Assembly: GCA_963743525.1 (NCBI GenBank)
Contig: CAVUQH010000003.1
Location: forward strand, 928,001 to 992,000
DNA length: 64,000 bases
Source: an uncultured delta proteobacterium
Lineage (GTDB): Bacteria > Myxococcota_A > Polyangia > Haliangiales > Haliangiaceae
Direction of reading: 5' to 3'
In this document: piece after piece, positions 20,828-35,930 of the stretch
How positions within the stretch are numbered: position 1 is the stretch's first letter
How the letters are laid out: the number at the start of each line of letters is the position of its first letter
Translations under genes and position numbers: made by a program
The notes under the pieces: generated by a model
Database searches by the model: none
Seen by the model: only the letters and a program-made list of their open reading frames with translations
Told to the model about the DNA's origin: nothing

Positions 20828-23094
20828 TGGAGGTGGAGACGCCGCGGCCGATCCGCTGGGGCGAGCTGGCGCTGGCGTTCGCCGTCGCCTGCGCGCTGCT
20901 GCTGCCGGGGTTGTGGGGGCACACGTTGATCGACCCGTGGGAAGGCCACTACGCCGAGGTCGGGCGGCGCATCCTGGTCAACCACGACTGGGTCCATCTG
21001 CACTGGGACAACGAGGCCTTCCGCTCCAAGCCGGCGCTGACGCCGTGGCTCATCGCCGCCAGCCTGCGCGTCCACGGCCTCGGCGCCAGCTGGTCCGGCG
21101 AGATGGTGTCAACGCCGCTGGTCATGTGGGCGGTGCGCTTGCCGTTTGCTCTGTTCGCCGCCGGCGGCCTGCTGTCGGTGTGGGCGATGCTGGCGCGGCT
21201 GGTGTCGCGCCGCGCGGCCTGGCTGGGGCTGTTCGCCCTGGCCGGCATGCCGTTCTATCTGCTCGTCGGCCGCCAGGCGATCACCGACATGCCGATGGTC
21301 GCGACCACCACCGGCGCGCTGGCACTGCTGGCCTTGGCGGTGTGCGACGGCGAGGCGCCGCTCCGCCGCGGGCGCGCGCGACTGACCGCTCACCACCTGG
21401 TGCTGGCCGCCATCGGCGCCGTCGTCGCCGTGCAGGTGGTCTACATGACCAGCTACTTCGTCGTCCGCCCGCAGCCCGGTGCCGGCGTGCCGCTGCGCCA
21501 CCTGGCGCTGTGGATGTCGCTGCCGTTCGTCATCGGCTTCGCCGCGGTGGTCGTGCTGACGTGCGTCGTCTGGCCGGCGCGCCGGCGGCGCGATGCGTAT
21601 CTACTGGCCGCGTACGCGTTGCTCGGCGTCGGCGTCCTGGGCAAGGGCCCGCCCGGCGCCGCGCTGGCGTTCGTCGTCTGCGCGCTGTACATCGTCGCCA
21701 CCGGGCGCTGGCGCCTCTTGCGCGAGCTGCGAATCGTCGAGGGCACCCTGGTGGCGCTGCTGGTCGCCGCGCCGTGGCACCTGGCGATGTGGATGCGCGA
21801 GGGCCAGCCGTTCCTCCACGAATATTTCGTCTACAACTGGTTCGAGCGCGCCGAGCAGGGCGTGCACCAGGTCAACCGCCCGGGCTCGGGCACGCTGTCG
21901 TACTACCTGCACGCCCTCGGTCTGGGCATGTGGCCCCTCATCGCCGCCGTGCCCGCGTCACTGGTCGCCGCCGCGCGCACGCGGCCGCGCACGCCCGCCG
22001 ATCACGTGCGCCTGCTGGCGCTGTTGTGGGCGGTCGCCGGGCTGGTGTTGTTCACCGCCTTCCGCACCAAGTTCCATCACTACATCCTGCCGGCGGTGCC
22101 CGGCTTCGCCGTGCTGGTGGCGCTGTGGCTCGACGATGTCGCCGGCGGCCGCGCCCGCCTGCTGCCGCCGCTGGTCATCGCCGGCGTCGCCATCACCCTG
22201 CTGATCAGCTGGGAAGTCGCCGGCCACCAGCAGCGCATCATCGAGCTGTTCATCTATCGCTACGATCGTCCGTGGCCGTCGGCGGCGCCGTGGCACGTCA
22301 ACCTGTCGCGCGGGCTGTGGGCCTGCGGTCTCGCCAGCGCCGCCGCCGCCCTGACGCTGTGCGTGCCGCGCTGGCGGCGCGTCGCGCCGATCGCCGTGGT
22401 CGCGGTCGCGTGCGCGAGCTCGCTCTACCTGGCCAACCGCTACATGGCCGCCGCCGGCCCGCACTGGGGGCAGCGCCACCTGCAGCGGACCTACTATCGC
22501 GAGCGGGCGATCCACGGCGCGCGCCTTCACTACGCGACCGCCGCCGACCTGGCCGGCGACTGGCCGCCCGGCGACCGCGACCTGGTGCTCGAGACGTTCG
22601 TCCCCGACGAGCTGGCCGCCGGCGCGCCGATGACCATCACCGTCGAGGCCGGCGATCAACGGGCCGAGCTGCGCGGCACGGTGAGCTCGATCGATGGCCA
22701 CCGTGTGCACGTGCAGCTGCCCGCCGCCGACACCGCCCGCGCCCGCGCGCTGGCGCCGAGTGCGGCGCGGGGCACGAGCGGTCCGCTGTGGACGCAGATC
22801 GAGGCCGACCGGCTGATCGCCTTCGACCTGTTCTGGCGCAGTGAGATCTTCTGGACCGGCGGCGAGCTGCGCGGCCACACCGACGACGCCCGCACCGAGT
22901 TCCGGCCCGGCGACGACGCCCGCTTCCGCGCCTACCTCGCGCGCCCCGACAGCCGCGGCCGCCGCTTCTTCGCCATCACCATTCGCGGCGGCGAGAACCG
23001 CCTGCGCACGATGCTCCCCGCCACCGCGCGCGCCTCCCTCACCGTCGAGGACGACACGTCGAACAAGTACATCCTGGTGTCGTTCGAGCTGTGA
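20827..23094 (+). CDS. ArnT/PMT-like (GT83/GT39) membrane glycosyltransferase
   Basis: LIDPWEGHYAEVGR, FRSKP, VRLPFA, RQAITDMP, LGKGPP, TKFHHYILPAVP; ATG overlaps the upstream stop. Confidence 0.85.
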   Translation: MEVETPRPIRWGELALAFAVACALLLPGLWGHTLIDPWEGHYAEVGRRILVNHDWVHLHWDNEAFRSKPALTPWLIAASLRVHGLGASWSGEMVSTPLVMWAVRLPFALFAAGGLLSVWAMLARLVSRRAAWLGLFALAGMPFYLLVGRQAITDMPMVATTTGALALLALAVCDGEAPLRRGRARLTAHHLVLAAIGAVVAVQVVYMTSYFVVRPQPGAGVPLRHLALWMSLPFVIGFAAVVVLTCVVWPARRRRDAYLLAAYALLGVGVLGKGPPGAALAFVVCALYIVATGRWRLLRELRIVEGTLVALLVAAPWHLAMWMREGQPFLHEYFVYNWFERAEQGVHQVNRPGSGTLSYYLHALGLGMWPLIAAVPASLVAAARTRPRTPADHVRLLALLWAVAGLVLFTAFRTKFHHYILPAVPGFAVLVALWLDDVAGGRARLLPPLVIAGVAITLLISWEVAGHQQRIIELFIYRYDRPWPSAAPWHVNLSRGLWACGLASAAAALTLCVPRWRRVAPIAVVAVACASSLYLANRYMAAAGPHWGQRHLQRTYYRERAIHGARLHYATAADLAGDWPPGDRDLVLETFVPDELAAGAPMTITVEAGDQRAELRGTVSSIDGHRVHVQLPAADTARARALAPSAARGTSGPLWTQIEADRLIAFDLFWRSEIFWTGGELRGHTDDARTEFRPGDDARFRAYLARPDSRGRRFFAITIRGGENRLRTMLPATARASLTVEDDTSNKYILVSFEL

Positions 23095-23853
23095 TTACTC
23101 GGCGGTCAGCGACGCGCCGATCGCCTCGGTCAGTGACTCGACCACGTCGTCGATGCTCTTGCCGTGGGTGTCGACCACATGATGCGCCGTGGCGTAGAGC
23201 GGCTCGCGCGCGGCCAGCAGGGCGCGGAGCTCGCTGAAGGCGTGCGGGTTCTTGGCCATCGGCCGGGCGTCGCCCTGCTGGATGACCCGGTTCCAGTGAT
23301 CTTCCGGGCGGGCGCGCAGCCAGACGGTGCTGGTGCGCTCGCGCAGCAGCGCGAAGTTCTCGCGGTCGTTGACGATCGAGCCGCCGGTCGCCAGCACCAG
23401 CGCATGCGGGTCGGCCAGCAGGCGAGTCAGCACCTCGCGCTCGAGCCGGCGGTAGTAGGCCTCGCCGTGGAGCTCGAAGATCTCCGACAGCGACAGTCCC
23501 GCGCTCTGCTCGATGCGGTTGTCGACCTCGACGAACGGGACGCCGTGGCGCTCGGCCAGGCGCAGGCCGACGCTCGACTTGCCGGCGCCGCGGACGCCGA
23601 GCAGGGCGATGACGGTGTTGCCGGTCCTCGGGGCCGAGGCGCCGGCCAGGAGCTCGGCCGGGGTGGTCCCCAGGGCCTCCGCCACATCGGCGAAGCGCAG
23701 CAGTGAAATATTGCCGCGGCCGGCCTCGAGCTGCGCCAGGAATCGCTCCGAAACACCAGAAATTTCAGACAGCTGGCGCCTTGCCAGCCCCTGGCGTTCG
23801 CGCAGAGCCCGGACCCGGGCGCCGACCGTGGTGAGAAGCGAGTGGTGCTTCAT
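23095..23853 (-). CDS. boxR: BoxR/BzdR-type regulator (XRE HTH plus shikimate-kinase-like domain)
   Basis: SGVSERFLAQLEAGRGNISL; ALLGVRGAGKS, LATGGSIV, RVIQQGDARP; divergent from boxCB. Confidence 0.9.
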   Translation of the reverse strand: MKHHSLLTTVGARVRALRERQGLARRQLSEISGVSERFLAQLEAGRGNISLLRFADVAEALGTTPAELLAGASAPRTGNTVIALLGVRGAGKSSVGLRLAERHGVPFVEVDNRIEQSAGLSLSEIFELHGEAYYRRLEREVLTRLLADPHALVLATGGSIVNDRENFALLRERTSTVWLRARPEDHWNRVIQQGDARPMAKNPHAFSELRALLAAREPLYATAHHVVDTHGKSIDDVVESLTEAIGASLTAE

Positions 23854-23937
23854 TTCGGCGAACTATACTGCCGGGCATGCGCCAAGTCCAGAAGTAAACT
23901 GCTTGCCCGACGGGCCTCTTTCGTGTAGGACACAGCC

Positions 23938-25584
<1,647 letters not shown>

Positions 25585-25619
25585 GACGCGACGCAGGAAG
25601 GACCCAGAGGTAATCGACG

Positions 25620-27041
<1,422 letters not shown>

Positions 27042-27062
27042 AAGTAAGAGTGATTACCGCAC

Positions 27063-27094
27063 AATGGCCCGCGGGGGAGCTCGCGGGCCATTTT
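27063..27094 (+). terminator. Intrinsic terminator after boxB
   Basis: AATGGCCCGCG...CGCGGGCCATT hairpin followed by a short T run. Confidence 0.65.
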
Positions 27095-27273
27095 GCGTGG
27101 TCCAAACGTAGCGAATCCGGAATCTCCTGGGTTACCGTCCGCTTGCCGCTAGCGAGAAGGCGGCGGCACTTTCGGCAAACAGGGGTGTAAGACCGGAAAT
27201 CGCGCTGCGTTTGGTCGTGGCACCCCGAGTGTCTTGTCCGTCAACTTGGATAGAAGGATCTTAAGGAGCAAAC

Positions 27274-27573
27274 ATGCGAGTCCTGCGAGCTGTCGTTCTT
27301 GCGATCGGTATGATGGGTCTTGCCGCCTCGGCGGCTGCCTGTGGTGGTTCCTCGAAGGGCGCTGATGAGCCCAAGAACCCCTGCGCTGGCGCGGCTGGTG
27401 ACACCACCGCCAACCCCTGCGCCGGTGGCGACACCACTGCCAACCCCTGCAACCCCTGCGCTGGTGGCGATTCGACCGCCAATCCCTGCGGCGGTGGCGA
27501 CGAGAACCCGTGCGCCGGTGGGGATTCGAACCCCTGCGGTGGCGGCGACGAGAACCCCTGCGGCGACTGGTAG
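27274..27573 (+). CDS. Small Cys-rich lipoprotein with 8 Asn-Pro-Cys repeats
   Basis: TAAGGAG RBS; signal/lipobox AAAC; repeats [31 protein letters not shown]. Confidence 0.85.
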   Translation: MRVLRAVVLAIGMMGLAASAAACGGSSKGADEPKNPCAGAAGDTTANPCAGGDTTANPCNPCAGGDSTANPCGGGDENPCAGGDSNPCGGGDENPCGDW

Positions 27574-27600
27574 TCCCAGCCAAAGCAATCGAAACAAGCA

Positions 27601-27637
27601 GCGGGACGTGGCCTACGCCACGTCCCGTTCGCTTTTT
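27601..27637 (+). terminator. Intrinsic terminator after the NPC-repeat gene
   Basis: CGGGACGTGGC-CTAC-GCCACGTCCCG stem followed by TTCGCTTTTT. Confidence 0.7.
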
Positions 27638-27671
27638 CGGCCCTGTCCGGGCCCGGGGGTATGATCGGGCC

Positions 27672-28487
27672 ATGGAGCGGCGGCAGCTAGGCCGCACCGG
27701 CATCGAGGTGCCGGTGATCGGACTGGGGACCTACAAGGTCTTTCACGTCCACGGAGATGCTGCGATCGCCCGCTGCGAGGCGGTGGTGGACGCCGCCATC
27801 GCCGAGGGAGCCAATCTGTTCGATTCCTCGCCGATGTACGGTGAGGCCGAGGGGGTCCTGGCCCGCTGCCTGGAGGATCGCCGGGACGAGGCGATCGTCG
27901 CGACCAAGGTCTGGGCGCGGATCCGGTCGCTGGGCGAGGCGCAGATCGAGCAGGCTCTCGACTGGTTCGAGCGGGTCAACCTGTACCAGGTGCACAACCT
28001 GCTCGCGCTCGACGACCATCTGCCGTATCTGCGCCACCTCAAGGAGGCCGGCCGGGTCGGCGCCATCGGCGTGACCCACTACCTGCCATCGCGCATCCCC
28101 GACCTGCTCGAGCTGATGCGCGGCGGCCAGATCGACGCCGTCCAGGTGCCGTATCACCCGGGCGAGCGCAGCATCGAGAACCAGCTCCTGCCCGAGGCCG
28201 ACGATTCGGGCATCGGCGTCGTCATCATGTCGCCGCTCGGCTCCGGCCGGCTCATGGAGCGGCGGCCGGAGGCGTCCGCCCTGGCGCCGCTGGCCCGCTT
28301 CGGCGTCTTCACCTGGGCCCAGGCGCTGCTCAAGTGGATCGCCAGCGACCCGCGGGTGTCCGCGGTCATCCCGGCGACGTCCAGCGCCGACCGCATGCGC
28401 GAAAACGCCGCGGCCGGCGCGCCACCGTTCTTCACCGGCGAGGAGCGGACCTACGTCCGCCGCCTGTTCGACGACCTCTGGGCCTGA
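27672..28487 (+). CDS. Aldo/keto reductase
   Basis: [50 protein letters not shown]. Confidence 0.92.
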   Translation: MERRQLGRTGIEVPVIGLGTYKVFHVHGDAAIARCEAVVDAAIAEGANLFDSSPMYGEAEGVLARCLEDRRDEAIVATKVWARIRSLGEAQIEQALDWFERVNLYQVHNLLALDDHLPYLRHLKEAGRVGAIGVTHYLPSRIPDLLELMRGGQIDAVQVPYHPGERSIENQLLPEADDSGIGVVIMSPLGSGRLMERRPEASALAPLARFGVFTWAQALLKWIASDPRVSAVIPATSSADRMRENAAAGAPPFFTGEERTYVRRLFDDLWA

Positions 28488-28496
28488 GCCCGGCGG

Positions 28497-29189
28497 CTAC
28501 TGGTACTTGGCGATCGACGACTTGGTGATCTCTTCGATGGCGGTCTTGGCGCAGGCGCTGGGAATCTCGGGTCCCGTCACGCTGGGCCCGCCGAGGACGT
28601 CGAGATAGCAGCCGGTGTCGGGCTCGAAGAACTTGTACCGGTAGGCGTCGCGCTCGGCGCGCTGGCTCTGCTGCACGCAGGCGAACACACCCAGATCGCG
28701 ATTGCCCGAGTGCTGCGGCATCGTCCGGCACTTGCTCTCGAAATCCTTCTGCGCCGGGCGGCCGCAGTCGACGCGGACCTCGCAGTAGACGTCGCCGGGC
28801 AGGGTGCCCAGGCGCTCGGTCTTGGCCGACATCTTCTTCTGCTCTTCGGCGCTGGGCCGCTCGCCCTCGCGGAGGAACTCGCAGATGGCGTTCACGCCCG
28901 GCTGGCGGCGGGTCTGCTGCCGCTGGTCGAGCTGGCGCATCCGCACCTTGTCGGGCAACCCGGTGGCGAACTTGTCCGGGTCGGGGAACAGGTCGCTGCA
29001 CTCGATGTATTTGCCGCCCTTGACCGGGACCGGCACCTCGACCACCTCGGAAGCCGCGCCCGCGGTCTTTTCCTTCAGGGTCTTGCGCGCCTGCTCCTCG
29101 GCGTACTTCTTGGCCGCCTCGTCATCGTTCGAGCAACCGACCTGAGCGAAAAGCACCGCGCACGCGGCGATGACGAATCCAAAACGCAT
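28497..29189 (-). CDS. Hypothetical Cys-containing lipoprotein
   Basis: MRFGFVIAACAVLFAQVGC lipobox with GGAGG RBS; it is the C-terminal part of the fused ORF 28497..30899. Confidence 0.75.
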   Translation of the reverse strand: MRFGFVIAACAVLFAQVGCSNDDEAAKKYAEEQARKTLKEKTAGAASEVVEVPVPVKGGKYIECSDLFPDPDKFATGLPDKVRMRQLDQRQQTRRQPGVNAICEFLREGERPSAEEQKKMSAKTERLGTLPGDVYCEVRVDCGRPAQKDFESKCRTMPQHSGNRDLGVFACVQQSQRAERDAYRYKFFEPDTGCYLDVLGGPSVTGPEIPSACAKTAIEEITKSSIAKYQ

Positions 29190-29251
29190 GCGTTCCTCCC
29201 GTGTGAAGTGCGCGGACCATACCACGGGCGCCGCGGCCGCCGGGGCGGCGG

Positions 29252-30017
29252 TCAGCGACTGCCATACGGGTCGAATACGTGCTCGGAGGTGCGGATTCTG
29301 GTTGAGCGCCGCCAGCTCTTCGCGGCTGAAGCCCTCGGGGCTTCCTTGGGGCAGCTCGCGGCGGACGAACTCCTCGATCGTCGCCCTCGCCTGGGCGCCG
29401 CCGGTGCGAAGCAGCTGGTTGCCGTGCTCGGCGCACTCGTCCCACAGGGCGAACAGCACCCGCCGCCGCAGCGCCGGGCTCCAGCCGTGATAGTCCCAGA
29501 CGTCGCCCAGGTAGCCGGGCAGCCGGCGCAGCGCCCGGGCCATCACCACCCGATCCGAGCGCATGCGCATGGCCGCTCGCTGCTCGAAGGTGCGCTCGAG
29601 GAAGCGCAGCTTCTCGGCCTGGTACGGGTCCTCGCCGGTCACCCGCATGACCAGGTCGGTGACGTCGAAGGTGCCGGCGGCCATGAGGAAGCCGGGCAGG
29701 ACCAGCACGTCGTCGGTGTGGATCCAGCTCTTGTCGTGGAAGTCGACGCTGCCGTCGGTGCGGACTCTGGCCTCGAACCCGGGGCTGTCCCAGTGGTAGG
29801 TGCCGTCGCCGCGGGGGACCATCTCGCCGGTGGTGTGCTCGGCCTCGCGCGGGCTCTCGGTCGGGTTGGGCATCGGCGCCAGGGCGCCGGGAACCGTGGT
29901 CTCGAGCGGCGGCTCGGCGTGCTGCCGCGGCCAGTGCACCCCCTGCGCCGAAGCGGCCCGTGGGCCCGCCACGACGCACGCCGCCAAAATGACGAGCTGC
30001 CAGGGGAGGGCGCGCAT
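29252..30017 (-). CDS. Secreted hypothetical protein; apparent +1 frameshift near 29296 fuses it to the downstream ORF
   Basis: Signal peptide MRALPWQLVILAACVV...; FDVTDLVMR..GEDPY, LFALWDECAE; removing one base at 29296 gives ...LNQIRTSEHVFDPYGSR-stop (TGA 29252). Confidence 0.65.
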
Positions 30018-30029
30018 GCGGTCGACAGC

Positions 30030-30045
30030 TGCAAACGCAGTTCCC
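30030..30045 (-). promoter_or_regulatory. Possible sigma54 promoter for the 30017 gene
   Basis: GGGAACTGCGTTTGCA has correct GG...GC spacing; it would give a nearly leaderless transcript. Confidence 0.4.
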
Positions 30046-30236
30046 GCCCGCGCCGGGGCGCAACCCCGCGAGAAACGGCCGGTGACCTGCCCGGCTGTGT
30101 CGCTCGCACCACAGCCCGCCGCTGGGGCTGCAGCGCTGGCGCCACGGTGAAAAACTGGTGGGGGTCGCCCCGTCGAGCCACAATAGCCCCCAGCGCGCGC
30201 ACGCCGGCAACGGGGGCCGGCGGCGGCGCAACTCCG

Positions 30237-32723
30237 ATGTCCCGAGCAGCGCGAAAGCGGCAGTCGTGGCGCGGCGGGCTGCGTCCGGGCGGACGAGCGC
30301 GCCTGGCGCTGCTGTGCACCGGCGTCGCCCTGGCCGCGGTGCTCCTGGCCGACGCGACCGGGGTGGTCGGCGCCCTCGACGCCAACCTGCGCAGGATCTA
30401 CTACGGAATCCGCGGCGCGCGCGACCGCGACGCCCGCGTCATCCTGGTCGCCATCGACGAGCACACCGTCGATGCCTGGGGCCCTCCGCCATGGGGCTGG
30501 GACCGCTACCAGACGCTGATCGACCGAATCGAGGCAGGCCGGCCGCGGCTGGTGGCCTTGCTCGAACCGGGACCGCGCGTCCTGCCCGATGCGCCGGTGC
30601 CGGGCAACCTGCGCGCGCGCGCGGCGACGGGCGGCAACCTGGTGCTGCCGCCCGTGGATCCCGGCTTTGGCCAGCCGCAGCTGGTCACCTCCACCCACGG
30701 CGTGGTCGAGGCGGTCTCCCTGGGCAGCGATCGGACCCTGGCCGGCCCGTCGATCACGCGCCAGGTGATCGAGCGCGCCGGGCTGCCGTTGCCCGCCGGC
30801 GACACCCTGGCGGTCAACTTCGCCGGGCCGCCGGACGCGCTGCCGACCCTGCCGGCTCACCGCGTCGCCTCGGGCGAAGTGCCGGCGCGGACCTTCCACA
30901 ATCGGATCGTCGTCATCGGTCTGCGCGGCGAGCGGTTCGCCCCGGTGGTGCCGACCCCGGTCGGCCCGATGTCACCGGTCGAGGTCCACGCCCACGCCCT
31001 GCTCGGGCTGGCCACCGGCGCCGCCTGGCATCCGCTGCCCGGCTGGGGGCTGGCGCTGGCCGGAGCGCTGTTGGCGCTGGTCTTCGCCCTGGCCTTGCCG
31101 CGCCTGGGCACCCGCCAGGCGATGGCGATCCTCACCGCCGAGGCGGCGCTGATCGTGATCGTCGACTATCTGTTGTTCGCCCACGCGGGGGTGCGCGCCG
31201 GGGCAGCGGCGCCATTGCTCGGCCTGGGCGCCGGCGCGACCACGGTGTGGATGATCGAGCGCAGGCGCGCCCAGCTCGAGCTGGCCCAGCTCAGCCGCTG
31301 GCTGACCGGCCGCCTGAGTCGCGACGCCTTCGGCCATACCGGCCACGAGAGCGACGAGGAGATGTGGCGCCGCTTCGCCACCTCCGCGCGCATCTACGTC
31401 GACTTCGACAGCGCGATCATCGCGCCGCTGCCGGAGCGCGCCTGGCACGTGCAGCTGAACGCCTTCGTCGGCACTCGCGCCGAGGAGATCAACGAGCCGC
31501 GCCGCGACGTCCGCCGCACGCCGTACAAGGACGCCTACCTCTTGCACCGGCCGATGTGGGCCAAGCGCCAGTTCATGAAGGATCCCGAGCTCAAGTCACT
31601 GATCGCCCCGCTGGTCGCGTTCGACCGCCTGCTCGGCATCTGGGTGGTCAACTTCCCCGGCGAGCGCGACGTGTCGGACGACGAGCTCGATCGGGTGCGC
31701 ATGCTGGCCGACCAGATCGCGGTCGCCGCCGCCCGTCGCCTGCTGTCCCGCGCCGCGCAGATCAATCGCGTCGACGGTGCCGGGCGCGGCACCGGCTACC
31801 TGGTCGATCGGATCGACGAGATGCGCCGCTGCGCTCTGGCGCTGGTTCACGAGCAGGCAGGCCTGGCCGATCTGTTCGCCGAGCTGCCGGTCGGAGTGTT
31901 GGTGGCGACCCTGTGGGGAGAGGTGCAGTTCGTCAACGAGGCGATGCATCGCTTCTTGCTCGCGGCCGAGCTCGACGAGCCGCGGCACCTGGGTCTGCCG
32001 GCGATCCTGTCCCGGCTGACCCGGACCGACGAGGCCGCCGTCCGCGCCACCCTGCGCGAGGTCGTCGGCGCCCGCACCTCGATTCGCGCCGAGGGCCGGC
32101 TGCCGTCGTCGCTGGGGCCGGCCACTCGCTTCGACATGGTGCTGTCGCGCCTGGGACGGGGCGAGCTGGAGACCCCGGGCGGCACCGCGCCGGTGGCGTC
32201 GCTGTCGCACTTCGTGCTGACCATCTCCGAGCGCCCCGAGGCCACGCTCGAGACCGCGGACTGGGGCTGGAGCGGCGCGCGCGCGCCGGTCGACCTGCGC
32301 GAGGTGGTCAAGGCCGCCGTCGCCGAGCTGGCCGCAGGCGCCGAGCTGCCCGAGCGCGCGCTGCTGGTCGAGACCCCGCGCCAGCTGACCAAGGTGACGC
32401 TGGCCGGCGAGCGGGTCGGCGACGCTCTGCAAGCGGTGCTGCGCGCGTGCGTCGAGCGCGGTCCCTCTGACGTTCCCGGCCGCGTGGTCGTGCACGAAGA
32501 TGACGACGCCGTCGAGGTGCGCGTCATCGATCCGGCCACCGTCCTCACCCGCAGCGACGTCGCCGCGGTCTCCGCCGGTGTCCACGATCAGCTGGCTGCC
32601 GACTCGATCGCGCGCCACCTGTCGGAGTTGTCGCGCGCGGTCCAGGCCGACGGCGGCAGCCTGTCGATCGACAGCGATCTCGACGACGGCACCACCATCG
32701 TCATCCGCGTGCGAAAGGGCTAG
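30237..32723 (+). CDS. CHASE2-domain membrane sensor with GAF/PAS-like and degenerate HATPase-like C-terminus
   Basis: VILVAIDEHT..AWG.PPW, RIVVIG...PTPVGPMSPVEVHAHAL, three TM helices, LFAELPVGVLVA...VNEA, GGSLSIDSDLDDGTTIVIRV. Confidence 0.8.
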   Translation: MSRAARKRQSWRGGLRPGGRARLALLCTGVALAAVLLADATGVVGALDANLRRIYYGIRGARDRDARVILVAIDEHTVDAWGPPPWGWDRYQTLIDRIEAGRPRLVALLEPGPRVLPDAPVPGNLRARAATGGNLVLPPVDPGFGQPQLVTSTHGVVEAVSLGSDRTLAGPSITRQVIERAGLPLPAGDTLAVNFAGPPDALPTLPAHRVASGEVPARTFHNRIVVIGLRGERFAPVVPTPVGPMSPVEVHAHALLGLATGAAWHPLPGWGLALAGALLALVFALALPRLGTRQAMAILTAEAALIVIVDYLLFAHAGVRAGAAAPLLGLGAGATTVWMIERRRAQLELAQLSRWLTGRLSRDAFGHTGHESDEEMWRRFATSARIYVDFDSAIIAPLPERAWHVQLNAFVGTRAEEINEPRRDVRRTPYKDAYLLHRPMWAKRQFMKDPELKSLIAPLVAFDRLLGIWVVNFPGERDVSDDELDRVRMLADQIAVAAARRLLSRAAQINRVDGAGRGTGYLVDRIDEMRRCALALVHEQAGLADLFAELPVGVLVATLWGEVQFVNEAMHRFLLAAELDEPRHLGLPAILSRLTRTDEAAVRATLREVVGARTSIRAEGRLPSSLGPATRFDMVLSRLGRGELETPGGTAPVASLSHFVLTISERPEATLETADWGWSGARAPVDLREVVKAAVAELAAGAELPERALLVETPRQLTKVTLAGERVGDALQAVLRACVERGPSDVPGRVVVHEDDDAVEVRVIDPATVLTRSDVAAVSAGVHDQLAADSIARHLSELSRAVQADGGSLSIDSDLDDGTTIVIRVRKG

Positions 32724-32729
32724 CCAGAC

Positions 32730-35926
<3,197 letters not shown>

Positions 35927-35930
<4 letters not shown>

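Noticed and set aside
28710..30236. N-terminal extension of the 1337-aa CHASE2 ORF
   Set aside because: Antisense shadow of two minus-strand genes; the plausible start is ATG 30237, just before the first TM helix
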